Assembly: GCA_963740315.1 (NCBI GenBank)
Contig: CAVUDP010000002.1
Coordinates: 1,984,001-2,048,000, forward strand
Length of the DNA: 64,000 nt
Reading direction: 5' to 3'
Source of the DNA: an uncultured cyanobacterium
GTDB taxonomy: Bacteria; Cyanobacteriota; Cyanobacteriia; Cyanobacteriales; Nostocaceae
Of this stretch, positions 28,775-39,773 are shown piece by piece; position 1 is the first letter of the stretch; each line of letters starts with the position of its first letter. The notes beneath the pieces were generated by a model that had not been told where the DNA came from, searched no databases, and worked only from the letters and a program-made list of their open reading frames with translations. The translations under genes and the position numbers were made by a program.

Positions 28775-31177
28775 TTAATTGATGTGTTGGATTACTAATG
28801 GCGATCGCACAATTAGCGGGATTTCAATCACAAATTCCGTACCTTCTCCAGGTATAGAATTACAGTAAAGTTTACCGCCATGTTTATCTACTATTATTTG
28901 GTAGCTAATGGATAAACCCAATCCCGTTCCTTTACCAACTTCTTTAGTTGTGAAAAACGGGTCAAATAATTTTGATTGAATTTTTGTAGTCATGCCGATA
29001 CCGTTATCAGAAATACTGATTTTTATATGTTTATCGGCAGTTAATTCTGTGGCAATTTTAATATAGTTAGGCTTTAATTTAATTTCTTCAATACGTTTTG
29101 AATTACAATCATCTAAAGCATCAATAGCATTAGCTAAAATGTGCAAAAATACTTGATTGAGTTGACCGGGATAGCATTCTATTAAAGGAAGAAAACCGTA
29201 TTCTTTGATTATTTTAATTTCCGGGTGTGTAGACTTTGCTTTTAAACGGTTATGCAAAAGCATCAATGTGGAGTCAATACCCGAATGAATATCTACTCGT
29301 TTAAACTCTGCTTCATCTAAGCGAGAAAAATTACGCAAGCTTAAAACAATGTCTTTAATACGGTTAGTACCTTCTTCCATTGAATGAAGTATTTTTGTTA
29401 AATCTTCTTTGATAAAATCAATTTCAATTTTTTTAGTTTTATTTATAATTTCTCGATCTGGATTCGGATAGTACAGTTGATATAGTTCTATTAATTCCAG
29501 CAAATCTTTAACATATTCGGAGGCAGGAATGATATTTCCATGAATAAAGTTAACCGGATTATTAATTTCATGAGCAATACCTGCAACCATTTGTCCCAAA
29601 GAAGACATTTTTTCAGTTTGGATTAACTGAGTTTGAGTATGCTTTAATTCGCGCAGAGTATTTTTTAAACTTTCAGTTTGCTTCTGAAACTTTTCTTCTA
29701 TTTGTTTAGCTTCGGTAATATCAATTAAACAACCATACCAAATTATAGAATTATTTGATTGACGTTCTGGTTTTGCTATGGCTTGAATCCATTTTTGCTT
29801 ACCGTTTGGGGCAATATAACGCCATTCTGATGATAAAATTTGTAAATTTTGAGCAGAAATATTACCTTTATCTATAAAAGTTGCAACATCATCTGGATGA
29901 ATATTTTCAAATGCTAAATTAGCATCTTGTTGTAAAACTTGCGGCTCTAACCCTAAAATTTCTCGGCATCCAGAAGAAACGTAGGTAAATGATATATTTC
30001 CATCTGGTTTAACCCGGTATTCATAAATCATTCCCGGTACGTTATCTGTTAGTTGTTGAAGACGTGCTTGAGTTCGTTGCAATTGTGCCGTTCGCGCTTC
30101 AACTTTAACTTCCAATTTTTCATTAATATTTTGGATTTCTGCTTCAATTTGCTTGCGTTGAGTAATATCTTCAATAGTTATTAAAATGCCGATAACACTA
30201 CCTTTAGCATTTCTTAACGGAATTTTATTCGTATCGAGCCATGCTTGTTTTTCATCGGATTGCTGTTGAGTTTCGATTATGTGTAATTCAGGCTTACCCG
30301 ATTCCATGACTCGCTTATCGCATTCCCGATAAAAGTTCGATTCTTCAACAGTCCAAGCCATATCATAATCTGTTTTACCAACAATATCTTCTGGGGAATC
30401 AAAGCCTGCTATTTTAGCTCCAATAACGTTGCATCCTTTATATATGGAGTTTCTATCTTTCCAAAAAATAAATTGGGGGATGCTATTAATTAGCAATTTA
30501 AAGAATTCTTGCGATTCTAATAGTTGCGCTTCCGTTTGATGAGATGCAATCGCACCACCCAAGCTACCAGCGGCGGCTTGTAAAACTGACTTTTCAATAT
30601 TCGTCCATTCATGCTCGTTGTGACAATTGTCAAATCCAATAAATCCCCATAACTTCCCTTTGATTTCGATGGGCATTACTAATATTGATAAAATATTCTG
30701 CCGCTCTAAAGCTTCTCGCTCGGCTTGGGGAAAATCCTTCACCAACCCAGAAATTGGTTTACCTTGAGTAAAATTTTTGTGCCAGCGTGGCAAAAAAGTA
30801 TTGTAAGAAATGTTTTGTAATTGAGGATTATCAATTTCAGGGATAATACCCGGTGCTACCCATTCCCAACGCTGACTGATTAGCATTTCACTAGTATTAG
30901 GATGGGGATGAATTTTAAAAATATAAATTCTGTCAACGATCGCAGCATTTCCCAAAGCTGCTAAAGCTGCATTCATAGATTGTTCGTAATCTTCGATTGT
31001 TAGCAAACAATTATTTGCTTTTGCAATACCATTAAGCAAACGTTCGTTTTGTTCTAATCTTAATTTTGTTAAGTAATTAGCTTCAGTTAAATTAGCAATA
31101 CAATGACGCAGATTAATAAGTTCTGCTTGCATAGCTTCATATGCATTTTTGTCAATAGAAATGAAATTATCTGTCAT
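28775..31177 (-). CDS. GAF-PAS-PAS sensor histidine kinase
   Basis: AGIAHEINNP H-box, NAIDA, DNGIG, FDPFFTTK, GTGLGL; two PAS/PAC regions. Confidence 0.93.
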   Translation of the reverse strand: MTDNFISIDKNAYEAMQAELINLRHCIANLTEANYLTKLRLEQNERLLNGIAKANNCLLTIEDYEQSMNAALAALGNAAIVDRIYIFKIHPHPNTSEMLISQRWEWVAPGIIPEIDNPQLQNISYNTFLPRWHKNFTQGKPISGLVKDFPQAEREALERQNILSILVMPIEIKGKLWGFIGFDNCHNEHEWTNIEKSVLQAAAGSLGGAIASHQTEAQLLESQEFFKLLINSIPQFIFWKDRNSIYKGCNVIGAKIAGFDSPEDIVGKTDYDMAWTVEESNFYRECDKRVMESGKPELHIIETQQQSDEKQAWLDTNKIPLRNAKGSVIGILITIEDITQRKQIEAEIQNINEKLEVKVEARTAQLQRTQARLQQLTDNVPGMIYEYRVKPDGNISFTYVSSGCREILGLEPQVLQQDANLAFENIHPDDVATFIDKGNISAQNLQILSSEWRYIAPNGKQKWIQAIAKPERQSNNSIIWYGCLIDITEAKQIEEKFQKQTESLKNTLRELKHTQTQLIQTEKMSSLGQMVAGIAHEINNPVNFIHGNIIPASEYVKDLLELIELYQLYYPNPDREIINKTKKIEIDFIKEDLTKILHSMEEGTNRIKDIVLSLRNFSRLDEAEFKRVDIHSGIDSTLMLLHNRLKAKSTHPEIKIIKEYGFLPLIECYPGQLNQVFLHILANAIDALDDCNSKRIEEIKLKPNYIKIATELTADKHIKISISDNGIGMTTKIQSKLFDPFFTTKEVGKGTGLGLSISYQIIVDKHGGKLYCNSIPGEGTEFVIEIPLIVRSPLVIQHIN

Positions 31178-31949
31178 TATTTTATGGGAACTTCAATACC
31201 CTTAAAAACTAATACAACAACGCCCGAAGATATAAAGCCCAAAGTATTCACTCATGCCGTATTAACACAAATATGAAAAACTCAAATTCGCAATCCTGTT
31301 ATAATATGGTGGCAGGAATATCTGAATTTTAAATTTTCCGAAATATAAGAGTATATGCATGAAATCTAGTTACTTCCGACGTGAGGTACTAAATTCACTA
31401 CAGTATTTATAGTTCCCAATTCATCACAAAAAACAACATTTAACAGTTAGATGTTGCTATTCTTAACACATATTTAATTTGGTAATAAATGCATATCAAG
31501 CATAAAGCCGATACTACTTTATAGTTTGGCTTTAGCTTATATATATATCGATCGTACCAAAATTTAAAGTTTGGCAAAAAAGGCTGAAATAATTACTATA
31601 TATTGTTTTTTAACAATTTAATTGGCATGAACTTGTACGTAAGTGCCAATTTTATTAAGTTGAAATAGCTAACTATTTAACTATAGTCGCTAAATTAAAA
31701 TTGTAAAAAAAAGTTAATTCTTATAAGTCAAAAAAAATTTGCACAACCCGATAACTGAATAAACCCCATAACTAGTAATTACAATTGTGTGTACCAGATA
31801 ATTTTCTAAATTAATAAACGATTTTAGATATGGCTAACAACATTATGTATTTTAGATAACATCACTTCGTCTACCGCAAACGCTTGTGCTTGAATCAGAA
31901 TTACACGTGTAAGGAGCAAGTAGCAATCTAGCAGATTAAAATTAAGTAG

Positions 31950-32228
31950 CTATGCTATGTAAAAAGCAAGACTAAATGCAGAAACTGCAACGAGGATAGG
32001 AACTACAACGCTAAATTCAAATTTTTTTGTTCTAAATACCTCCATACAGGACATGGGTATTATTATGGGCCAAAAGATAGTTGAGATGATAAACATTGCA
32101 AAAGACAAAAATTTATCTTCTGGAGAGGAGCTAGGATGACGCAAAGTAAATCTCAACCAGTTAACGAAAAAATAGCAGGTCATCAATAAGTAACTGGCAA
32201 CAAGAGCGAATTCAATCTTATTCATCAA
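31950..32228 (-). CDS. Small membrane protein
   Basis: ORF 92 aa with three hydrophobic segments, GGAG RBS upstream. Confidence 0.7.
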   Translation of the reverse strand: MMNKIEFALVASYLLMTCYFFVNWLRFTLRHPSSSPEDKFLSFAMFIISTIFWPIIIPMSCMEVFRTKKFEFSVVVPILVAVSAFSLAFYIA

Positions 32229-33158
32229 GGGTACTCCTTAACTATCTAAAATGACGGCAATACGAACGAATAATAGCAGCAATAAATAGTTATGACTACT
32301 TATTTAAATGTGTTCTTAATAACAATTATCTTTTCAACCTCATTCTTCATTTGGATATTTTTATTCATATCTATGTTAGTAGAATTTTCAAAACCGATAA
32401 ATCCGTGTTAACACTTAATTTTATATTTAAATAGAAACTTATAACTGTAAAAAAGTATTTTAATTAGCTATTAATGAAATTATTTCTATACAAATAAATA
32501 CAAATTTATTCAATCAATCTATATTAAGATCGGCAGAAATGTTTATCAGCCTATGGTTTGATTCATTCTGCATCAATTATTACTATAAATTTTTAACTTT
32601 TAAATATATTATTCTCATGTCACAATTACTACTTATACAAACAATAAAAAATCGTAATTAAAAATGTTAGATTTAAACAAAATATTTTTTTTAATAAAAT
32701 AGAAATATTTATATCTTTAATCTAAGTTTATTTACGTAAGCTCTTATTATTTACATAATAAATAAAAATTTCAGCTATAGCCACCACTTCAGTTATTTAA
32801 AATCTTTATAAGATACCTTATTTAAATTTAATCAAGTAAAAATTTTTACACATACTTACATTCAAACGATTGAGGATAATCTTACAAGCTCGAAAAATGC
32901 TGTATAAAATTTAACATTAAGCAGGAATTATGAAAAACTTGAAATTAAAAATTATTAAAAAAAATTATGGTAAACTATAACGTTAAATTATCTCAAAAAT
33001 AGCTTTGAAAATAATAATGGAGAAGCACTTAAGCCCAACAAAGTATAAAATAGTAAACAGATTTTTTGTGGAAAACACCCCGATTTATCTGTCATACCGA
33101 TCGCTGCAACGAACTTGCGATCGTGACAGATCGCTAAGACAATATGTTGCGATATTTA

Positions 33159-33794
33159 CTATAATTCTTCACAACATGAATTGTTATTCTTTTTGATGTA
33201 ATGCTTAATAGCATCTAAGTCAAGAAAATAGTCAGCAACATCAATTAAAGATTCGTTAGTTATTGCTCGCAGGCTAACAAGTTCAACTCTCGCACCTTGA
33301 TAGGCTACAGCATTTACAGCATAAGTTAATTCTCCATCTCCACTTACCAAAATTGCTGTATCGTAGTAAGGGGCTAAGTTCATCATATCTACAGCAATTT
33401 CTACATGCTGATTTGATTTTCTCGAACCATCTGGAAGTTGAACTATTTCTTTAGTAACTACCCGATAGCCGTTTCTACGCATCCATAGTAGAAAACCCTG
33501 TTGCTTTTCGTTATGTTTATCTACTCCAGTATAGAAGAAAGCTCTTAATAATCTTGCCTCTCTAGTTAAATAGCAAAGCAATTTGGTATAGTCGATTTCA
33601 ATACCGAGTTGCAAAGCAGTATGAAACAAATTTGAACCATCAATAAAAATAGCAACTCTACCGCGATTAGAAGATACGGTTAGTGAAGAAGCTGCTTTAT
33701 TCATTGGTATCTGTGTTTCTTCATCTGTAAGAATAGTTTTCATATTTTGTTGCTTCTCAGGTTGTATTTGGGCGGTAAAATTTGTGATATTCAT
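33159..33794 (-). CDS. NYN domain (LabA/DUF88) protein
   Basis: AIFIDGSNL, IAVDMM, LVSGDG, LIDVADYF. Confidence 0.9.
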   Translation of the reverse strand: MNITNFTAQIQPEKQQNMKTILTDEETQIPMNKAASSLTVSSNRGRVAIFIDGSNLFHTALQLGIEIDYTKLLCYLTREARLLRAFFYTGVDKHNEKQQGFLLWMRRNGYRVVTKEIVQLPDGSRKSNQHVEIAVDMMNLAPYYDTAILVSGDGELTYAVNAVAYQGARVELVSLRAITNESLIDVADYFLDLDAIKHYIKKNNNSCCEEL

Positions 33795-34709
33795 GAATTT
33801 TAAGATTGGTGAAGTTAAAAATTTAAAGCGATTAATACAATTCGTTTTATAAAATTAAATAAGTATTTATTCTATAAAACATATCTTTTGAAAGCTTGAG
33901 AGCAAAATAAGGGAGATTAATTGATATTCAAGCCAAATAAATTGTTAATGGGTTGTTTGAACGATAAGAAAGCATCTAAATTTATTGTAACGAAACTTTG
34001 ATTTAGTTCTGCATAACCTAAATTATTTTGACATTAATTGAAAAATATAACGATCGCAAATTATCAAAAACTTTATAAGTAAAGTAAAATCAGTCACGTT
34101 TTTGCAGAAAAAATCTACTTTTTCATATTTTTGCCGGATAATAATTGAATTATTTTGACAATAATTTCTGAGTAATTTATTACAGTTAATACATTTAAAC
34201 AATAACTAAAAAAAACCGAACGGATAATTCCTTGGCAAGATTTTATCTATGGAATCGTGTTTTAGTAAACTAGTACACAAACAATCAATACTTATCTTAA
34301 GAATTATCTTTCTGAATGTATTTTTTTTTTAGTTTAACAGTTTAATCTACGTAATTATATTTATAATATAATTGACTGTATTCGGATAGCAGTTATGTTT
34401 AAATTTTAGTTAAATACATTAAGAAGAGCGAAAAAGACATACATTTATTCTAAATGCTTTGTTTTTATTTCGATAGTCCAAATTACTGCTTTAATTATCT
34501 AAAACTTCCCAATTATACAAAGGTAAGATGTAATTGGAATGTAAACTATATTGCATAATTATTTATATTTAGATTAATTTACTTTCTCTCGTTAGGGTAT
34601 GTTTTTTTACTCATATCCCGTACCATTCTGCGATCGCTAAGATACCGAATTTATGCAGAGCTTGTTGAAATGGAGTAGTTTAAATATTTTGTCAGATAAA
34701 ACACATTTT

Positions 34710-34738
34710 TAACCTCTTCTTAAATAGTAGAAGAGGTT
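34710..34738 (-). terminator. Hairpin downstream of the NADAR gene
   Basis: AACCTCTTCT-TAAATAGT-AGAAGAGGTT. Confidence 0.5.
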
Positions 34739-34769
34739 TGAATATAGTTTATTATTTGTTTTAAAAGAA

Positions 34770-35237
34770 TTACTTAGCAATTGCTTTCATTGATAGGATG
34801 CGGAGTTCTTCGCGTACAGTCATTAAAATGTGTCCGAGATGGTTTTGTCCGGTTTTATTTGCACCGCAACCCCAGAAATAATCGTTTGGTGAATTTTCTA
34901 CCAGCAACTCATCGCCAGTAGAAAGCAGAATTTCTCCGATATCCCGGTGAGCCAAAAACTTTTTGAATACTGCTTCTCGCATAACTTGGGTTTTCACCAC
35001 CTCCCAATCGGAACGCAGACAGCGTGTAGAACATCTTCCTAAAGCAGCAGCTTCTTCTGGAGTCGAAGCAGCATGAATCACGGGTATAATTTCCTCATCC
35101 GGACTTCCTGCAAACTTTTGGGCTTGGTAATAATGCTCTACTGTTGACCAGTAAATATTATTCATTTCAATGGAATGGAGAGAAAAGTTAGAAAAACAAC
35201 CGTAGGGTTGCCAAACTTTGTAAAAATAAATAGTCAT
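34770..35237 (-). CDS. NADAR (YbiA-like) family protein
   Basis: FSNF, TVEHYYQAQKF, LVENSPNDYFWG, GQNHLG. Confidence 0.92.
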   Translation of the reverse strand: MTIYFYKVWQPYGCFSNFSLHSIEMNNIYWSTVEHYYQAQKFAGSPDEEIIPVIHAASTPEEAAALGRCSTRCLRSDWEVVKTQVMREAVFKKFLAHRDIGEILLSTGDELLVENSPNDYFWGCGANKTGQNHLGHILMTVREELRILSMKAIAK

Positions 35238-35398
35238 ATGAAAACAGCTGTTTTATACACCAACTTCTATGATGCCTGTTGATGTTAGCAGCTTGCTTGT
35301 TAAATTAAAATTTATTCTTTTTCTACAACCTCCAGAGAGAAGTTTTTTCTTTGAGTAAAGCTTTACGGTAAAGATTAAACGACTATAGGTTATACATT

Positions 35399-35887
35399 AT
35401 GGAATCACCACATACAAACCAACGTACACCGCTAATTTTAGCCGGAATATGTCTGGGTATAGGTTTTGGAGGGTTTTTTGATGGTATTGTGCTGCATCAA
35501 ATCCTCCAATGGCATCATATGTTAAGTAACGTAAAGCCGCTTACAAATCGCTCCAACATAGATTTAAATGTACTTGCCGATGGTTTCTTTCACGTATTTG
35601 ATTTCTTTATGACGTTGTTAGGAATTGTCTTATTATGGCAAGCAGCAAAGCGATCGGACGTTACTTGGTCTTCCAAAACCTTTTTTGGTTCAATTTTGAT
35701 CGGTATTGGTTTATTTGATTTTATTGAAGGAATAATTGACCATCAAATTCTCGCAGTACATCACGTCAAACCAGGACCGAATGAATTTGCTTGGGATATG
35801 GGTTTCTTAGCACTTGGCCTACTTCTTGCATTAATTGGCTGGTTGATGCTACAACAACAAAGCGACAAATCAACTGTAAATAATTAA
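35399..35887 (+). CDS. DUF2243 membrane protein
   Basis: GFFDGIVLHQILQWHHM, DGFFH, DHQILAVHHV. Confidence 0.88.
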   Translation: MESPHTNQRTPLILAGICLGIGFGGFFDGIVLHQILQWHHMLSNVKPLTNRSNIDLNVLADGFFHVFDFFMTLLGIVLLWQAAKRSDVTWSSKTFFGSILIGIGLFDFIEGIIDHQILAVHHVKPGPNEFAWDMGFLALGLLLALIGWLMLQQQSDKSTVNN

Positions 35888-35955
35888 GTAATAAGGTTAA
35901 AAGGTGAAGTATAAATGTTTATAATTTATCCTTCATCCTTTCCTTTCCCCTATAT

Positions 35956-36597
35956 ATGGCTAAAGGTGAGTTTCAAAAAACGAGTTCAGATTGGCAGGCT
36001 TCTCTATTTCAGCAAAAAATAGGAGAAAGCTTTGAATATCAGCAAAAAAGATTTTTTGATTGGATAGAATCCATATTCGCTCCTTTTCAAAATATTTTGC
36101 CCGATATATCTCCCAAATGGGCTTTAAACAAGCAATTTTTAGAAGTCTTAAAAATATTATTTTGGTTGGCTCTGGGTTTATTTTTAGCTTGGATAGCCTT
36201 ACAACTGTGGCGAGAATTTCGACCTTATATTTATACCTGGTGGAATAAAAACAACCAAGGTGCAAAAGACGCAAATGCAGCCGAAACCCAGTTATCAAGC
36301 AGTACGGCGCTTAAGCGATCGCAAGAATTATATCGTCAGGGAAATTACCGCGAAGCTTGTCGCCTTATTTACCTATCAACATTACAGTACCTGCATGAAA
36401 AAGAAATTCTCCCCCACAAACGCAGTCGTACCGATGGAGAATATCTGCAATTACTAGAATTATCAGCAAATTCCATGCAACCTTACGAAACTCTCATAAC
36501 CACTCACGAGCAATTATGTTTTGACGATGCGGAAATCGTCTCAGATAATTACGAACAATGTCAACAAGCACATAGTTTGATAGTTGGTAATTCTTAA
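35956..36597 (+). CDS. DUF4129 domain protein
   Basis: TM segment then NYREACRLIYL...SRTDGEY; first gene of the MoxR operon. Confidence 0.82.
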   Translation: MAKGEFQKTSSDWQASLFQQKIGESFEYQQKRFFDWIESIFAPFQNILPDISPKWALNKQFLEVLKILFWLALGLFLAWIALQLWREFRPYIYTWWNKNNQGAKDANAAETQLSSSTALKRSQELYRQGNYREACRLIYLSTLQYLHEKEILPHKRSRTDGEYLQLLELSANSMQPYETLITTHEQLCFDDAEIVSDNYEQCQQAHSLIVGNS

Positions 36598-36815
36598 TTA
36601 GGGAGAGGGGGGAAGGAAAGATGGGGAGATGGGGAGATGGGGAGATGGGGAGAAACAATTAATTCCTAACTGGTAACTGGTAACTGTTCACTGCTCACTG
36701 TTCACTGTTCACTGGTAACTGCTAACTGCTCACTGCTCACTGTTCACTGATAACTGTTCACTGTTCACTGATAACTGCTAACTGCTCACTGTTCACTGTT
36801 CACTGCTAACTGCTA
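36598..36815. repeat. STRR tract filling the intra-operon spacer
   Basis: GGGGAGAT then CTGTTCA/CTGCTCA/CTGATAA units up to the next ATG. Confidence 0.9.
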
Positions 36816-37973
36816 ATGAAAAGACCAAAACGCCCTATCTTAATAGGATTGATAGTATTAGGAGCAATAATTTTAATTACTTTTATTGCCGCTCCTAATA
36901 ATAGTAAAATTATTACTGGTTCTACCTATAATCGCGCTCCGGCTGGCTACGGTGCTTGGTATGCTTTTATGCAACAGCAGGATGTGAAAATAGTGCGTTG
37001 GCAAAAGCCTTTTGAATATTTTCAAGATGAAAAATCTCCCGTTACACTTTTACAAGTAAATGGAAAGCTACAAAGTTCATTTCTTGATTATCAAAAAGAA
37101 GAATGGGTAAAAGCTGGTAATACTTTGATAATTTTAGGCGTTCATCAACCCGTAACACAAGCTGAATTTACATCAAACTTAGAATCTGATGCGGGAAATG
37201 TGAAAATTGAAACGCGACGACGACACGAATTAAATAAAAATGAAAATCAAAATCAAAATCAAAACGAAGTAGCTTCTTTAAAAGATAATTTTGGTGCTGT
37301 TGTTTGGCAACAAAAAATAGGTAAAGGCAAGGTGATTTACTCTACTACTCCTTTTATCGCCGCAAATGCTTATCAAGATAATTTGAATAACTTTCGTTAT
37401 TTAGCTAATTTAGTCAAACAAGATAAAAACACAATATATGTAGATGAATATATTCACGGTTACAAAGACGCTAAAGTTAGAGAAGCCGAAGGTAAAGGAA
37501 ATTTATTTAGTTATCTTGCTCAAACTCCTTTGTTTCCAGCCTTAATCCAGGTAGGATTTCTACTTTTAGTAGTAATTTGGTCGCAAAATCGCCGTTTTGG
37601 TAAGCCAACTAGTTTAAAAACAAAAGTTGTAGATAATAGTGAAGAATACATTCAAGCTTTAGCACAAGTTTTAGAAAAAGCTGATTGTAACGACTTTGTA
37701 GTTGAGGCGATCGGTAAACAAGAGCAATTACGATTACAAAAAAGTTTATTCTTAGGACAACAATTACTTGATAAGCAAACAGTAATCAATGCTTGGTTGG
37801 AGCAAATTAAATCGGATACCACCCAACTTAACGAAGTATTGAGCATACAGGAGCGAAACAATCGCATCAGCGAACGACAACTGTTAAGCTGGTTGGAAAA
37901 ATGGCAATCTTTACATCAAGAAGTAGAAAAATTAAGAAATAGGAAAGTAGCGGATATTAAACAAAATACTTAA
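36816..37973 (+). CDS. DUF4350 domain protein
   Basis: GSTYNRAPAGYGAW, VDEYIHG, RRFG; position upstream of MoxR. Confidence 0.82.
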   Translation: MKRPKRPILIGLIVLGAIILITFIAAPNNSKIITGSTYNRAPAGYGAWYAFMQQQDVKIVRWQKPFEYFQDEKSPVTLLQVNGKLQSSFLDYQKEEWVKAGNTLIILGVHQPVTQAEFTSNLESDAGNVKIETRRRHELNKNENQNQNQNEVASLKDNFGAVVWQQKIGKGKVIYSTTPFIAANAYQDNLNNFRYLANLVKQDKNTIYVDEYIHGYKDAKVREAEGKGNLFSYLAQTPLFPALIQVGFLLLVVIWSQNRRFGKPTSLKTKVVDNSEEYIQALAQVLEKADCNDFVVEAIGKQEQLRLQKSLFLGQQLLDKQTVINAWLEQIKSDTTQLNEVLSIQERNNRISERQLLSWLEKWQSLHQEVEKLRNRKVADIKQNT

Positions 37974-38060
37974 AATTAATAATTGAAATCTGCAATTTGA
38001 AATAAAATATCTACTTGCATCCATGTGTCTGCGATTTGCCCAAATTACTATTAGCAACCT

Positions 38061-39011
38061 ATGAGTAAAATCAAACCTGTAATTACTAACCTTGCCGCAT
38101 CCCTGAATAAAGTAGTTGTGGGACAATCTACCTTAGTAAATCAATTACTTGTAGCATTTCTAGCTGGCGGACATATTATATTGGAAGGAGTACCGGGAAC
38201 AGGAAAAACGCTGCTGGTGAAAGTAATGGCGCAGTTAATTCAAGCAGAATTTCGCCGCATTCAATTAACGCCAGATGTATTACCAGCAGATATTACGGGT
38301 ACGAATATTTTTGATTTAAATACTCGCAGTTTCAGCTTAAAAAAAGGACCAATATTTACTCAAGTATTATTAGCAGACGAAATTAACCGCACTCCTCCCA
38401 AAACACAAGCGGCTTTATTGGAAGCAATGGAAGAATTACAGGTAACTTTGGATGGCGAAAGTTTACCTTTACCAGAATTATTTTGGGTAATTGCCACGCA
38501 AAACCCTTTAGAATTTGAAGGAACTTACCCTTTACCAGAAGCGCAGTTAGACAGATTTTTATTTAAATTAGTAGTCGATTATCCCGATGCAGCATCAGAA
38601 AAACAAATGTTGCTCAATCGTCAAGCGGGATTCTCAGCCAGACGCACGGATATTGCCAATATAAAACCCGTAGCGATGGTAGAAGAAATTATTGAATTAA
38701 GGGAAGCGGTAAAACAAGTTAAAGTAACCGAAGCGATTATTGATTATATTTTGGCATTGGTAAGAGCATCGCGAGAAAATCCCGATTTAGCATTAGGTGC
38801 ATCGCCTCGCGCCGCTAATGCGTGGTTTGTCACATCTCAAGCGATGGCTTATTTAGCGGGAAGAGATTTCGTTACCCCCGATGACGTAAAAGCGATCGCA
38901 CCTCCTTTGTTACGACATCGGTTTATTTTGAAACCGGAAGCAATGTTAGATGGTTTAGAAATGGATGCGGTAATTGCTTCAATACTTAATAAAGTTCCAG
39001 TGCCAAGATGA
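38061..39011 (+). CDS. MoxR-family AAA+ ATPase
   Basis: GVPGTGKT, RIQLTPD, LADEINR, ATQNP, LPEAQLDRF. Confidence 0.95.
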   Translation: MSKIKPVITNLAASLNKVVVGQSTLVNQLLVAFLAGGHIILEGVPGTGKTLLVKVMAQLIQAEFRRIQLTPDVLPADITGTNIFDLNTRSFSLKKGPIFTQVLLADEINRTPPKTQAALLEAMEELQVTLDGESLPLPELFWVIATQNPLEFEGTYPLPEAQLDRFLFKLVVDYPDAASEKQMLLNRQAGFSARRTDIANIKPVAMVEEIIELREAVKQVKVTEAIIDYILALVRASRENPDLALGASPRAANAWFVTSQAMAYLAGRDFVTPDDVKAIAPPLLRHRFILKPEAMLDGLEMDAVIASILNKVPVPR

Positions 39012-39234
39012 AAAATCAAATAATTGTAGGGTGTGTTACGGCTTGGGTATTTACTAATAAAGGTTATAAATTAAAAATGCCGTTACGCACCATCCGGAAT
39101 TGATGGATTAAATTCTCGTTGGGAATGAAAATGCGCGGAGACGTTGCAATGCAACGTCTCTACATTATTTATTTTTATGTTTTAAATAATTTTTTGATGA
39201 GTTACGATTGTAACGGTTATAAAAATATCAAATA

Positions 39235-39744
39235 ATGATCAATATTTTACCTACCGAAGAGTTTACAATCACAACTCATCTCAGACCCGATAGAGTTGCA
39301 GATAAATTATTAAATCATGTAGAACCGTATAAATCGGTTAGATTTATTTTTCCTTTTTCTTCACCACCCGATAAACCTTATGAAGGTAAAGTAGAAAATG
39401 GTTCTTTCCAAATGCACAAAATTTATAGAGGCGGTAGAAATCTCATACCTATCATTGAAGGAAAGATAATTCCTCAAGATAGAGGAAGTCTTATAGAAGT
39501 CAAGATTAAGCCAGGTGATGCTTCAAATCTAATGATTTTATTACCACTTTTAATCATTGTATCTTCAATTATAGTGTTGCTTGTGATTTTTTTGTTGAGC
39601 ATTAATAATGGTGCAAGGAGTTTTCCGACATATTATTTTATCTATCCTTTATGGATGGGATTAGGCTGTTTTATTGTCATCATAAATTTTAAGTCGCAGG
39701 TAAAAAAAGAGAAAAAGTTTTTGTTAAAAATATTACAATATTAA
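39235..39744 (+). CDS. Hypothetical membrane protein (two C-terminal TM helices)
   Basis: ORF 169 aa, AT-rich, between moxR and the DUF58 gene. Confidence 0.7.
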   Translation: MINILPTEEFTITTHLRPDRVADKLLNHVEPYKSVRFIFPFSSPPDKPYEGKVENGSFQMHKIYRGGRNLIPIIEGKIIPQDRGSLIEVKIKPGDASNLMILLPLLIIVSSIIVLLVIFLLSINNGARSFPTYYFIYPLWMGLGCFIVIINFKSQVKKEKKFLLKILQY

Positions 39745-39773
39745 TTAAAATAAATATAAATAAATATTAAACT

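Noticed and set aside
33159..35237. NYN and NADAR genes as an anti-phage pair
   Set aside because: They are ~975 bp apart with a hairpin between them, and both resemble common housekeeping types (LabA-like and YbiA-like)
36598..36815. Tandem arrays here and at 6795, 12286, 21664, 44316, 59635 and 63510 considered as CRISPR
   Set aside because: Units are 7-9 bp with no unique spacers and no cas genes; these are ordinary STRRs
37238..37265. (AAATCA)n microsatellite in the DUF4350 gene
   Set aside because: The 6-bp unit preserves the frame and gives only a short NQ linker
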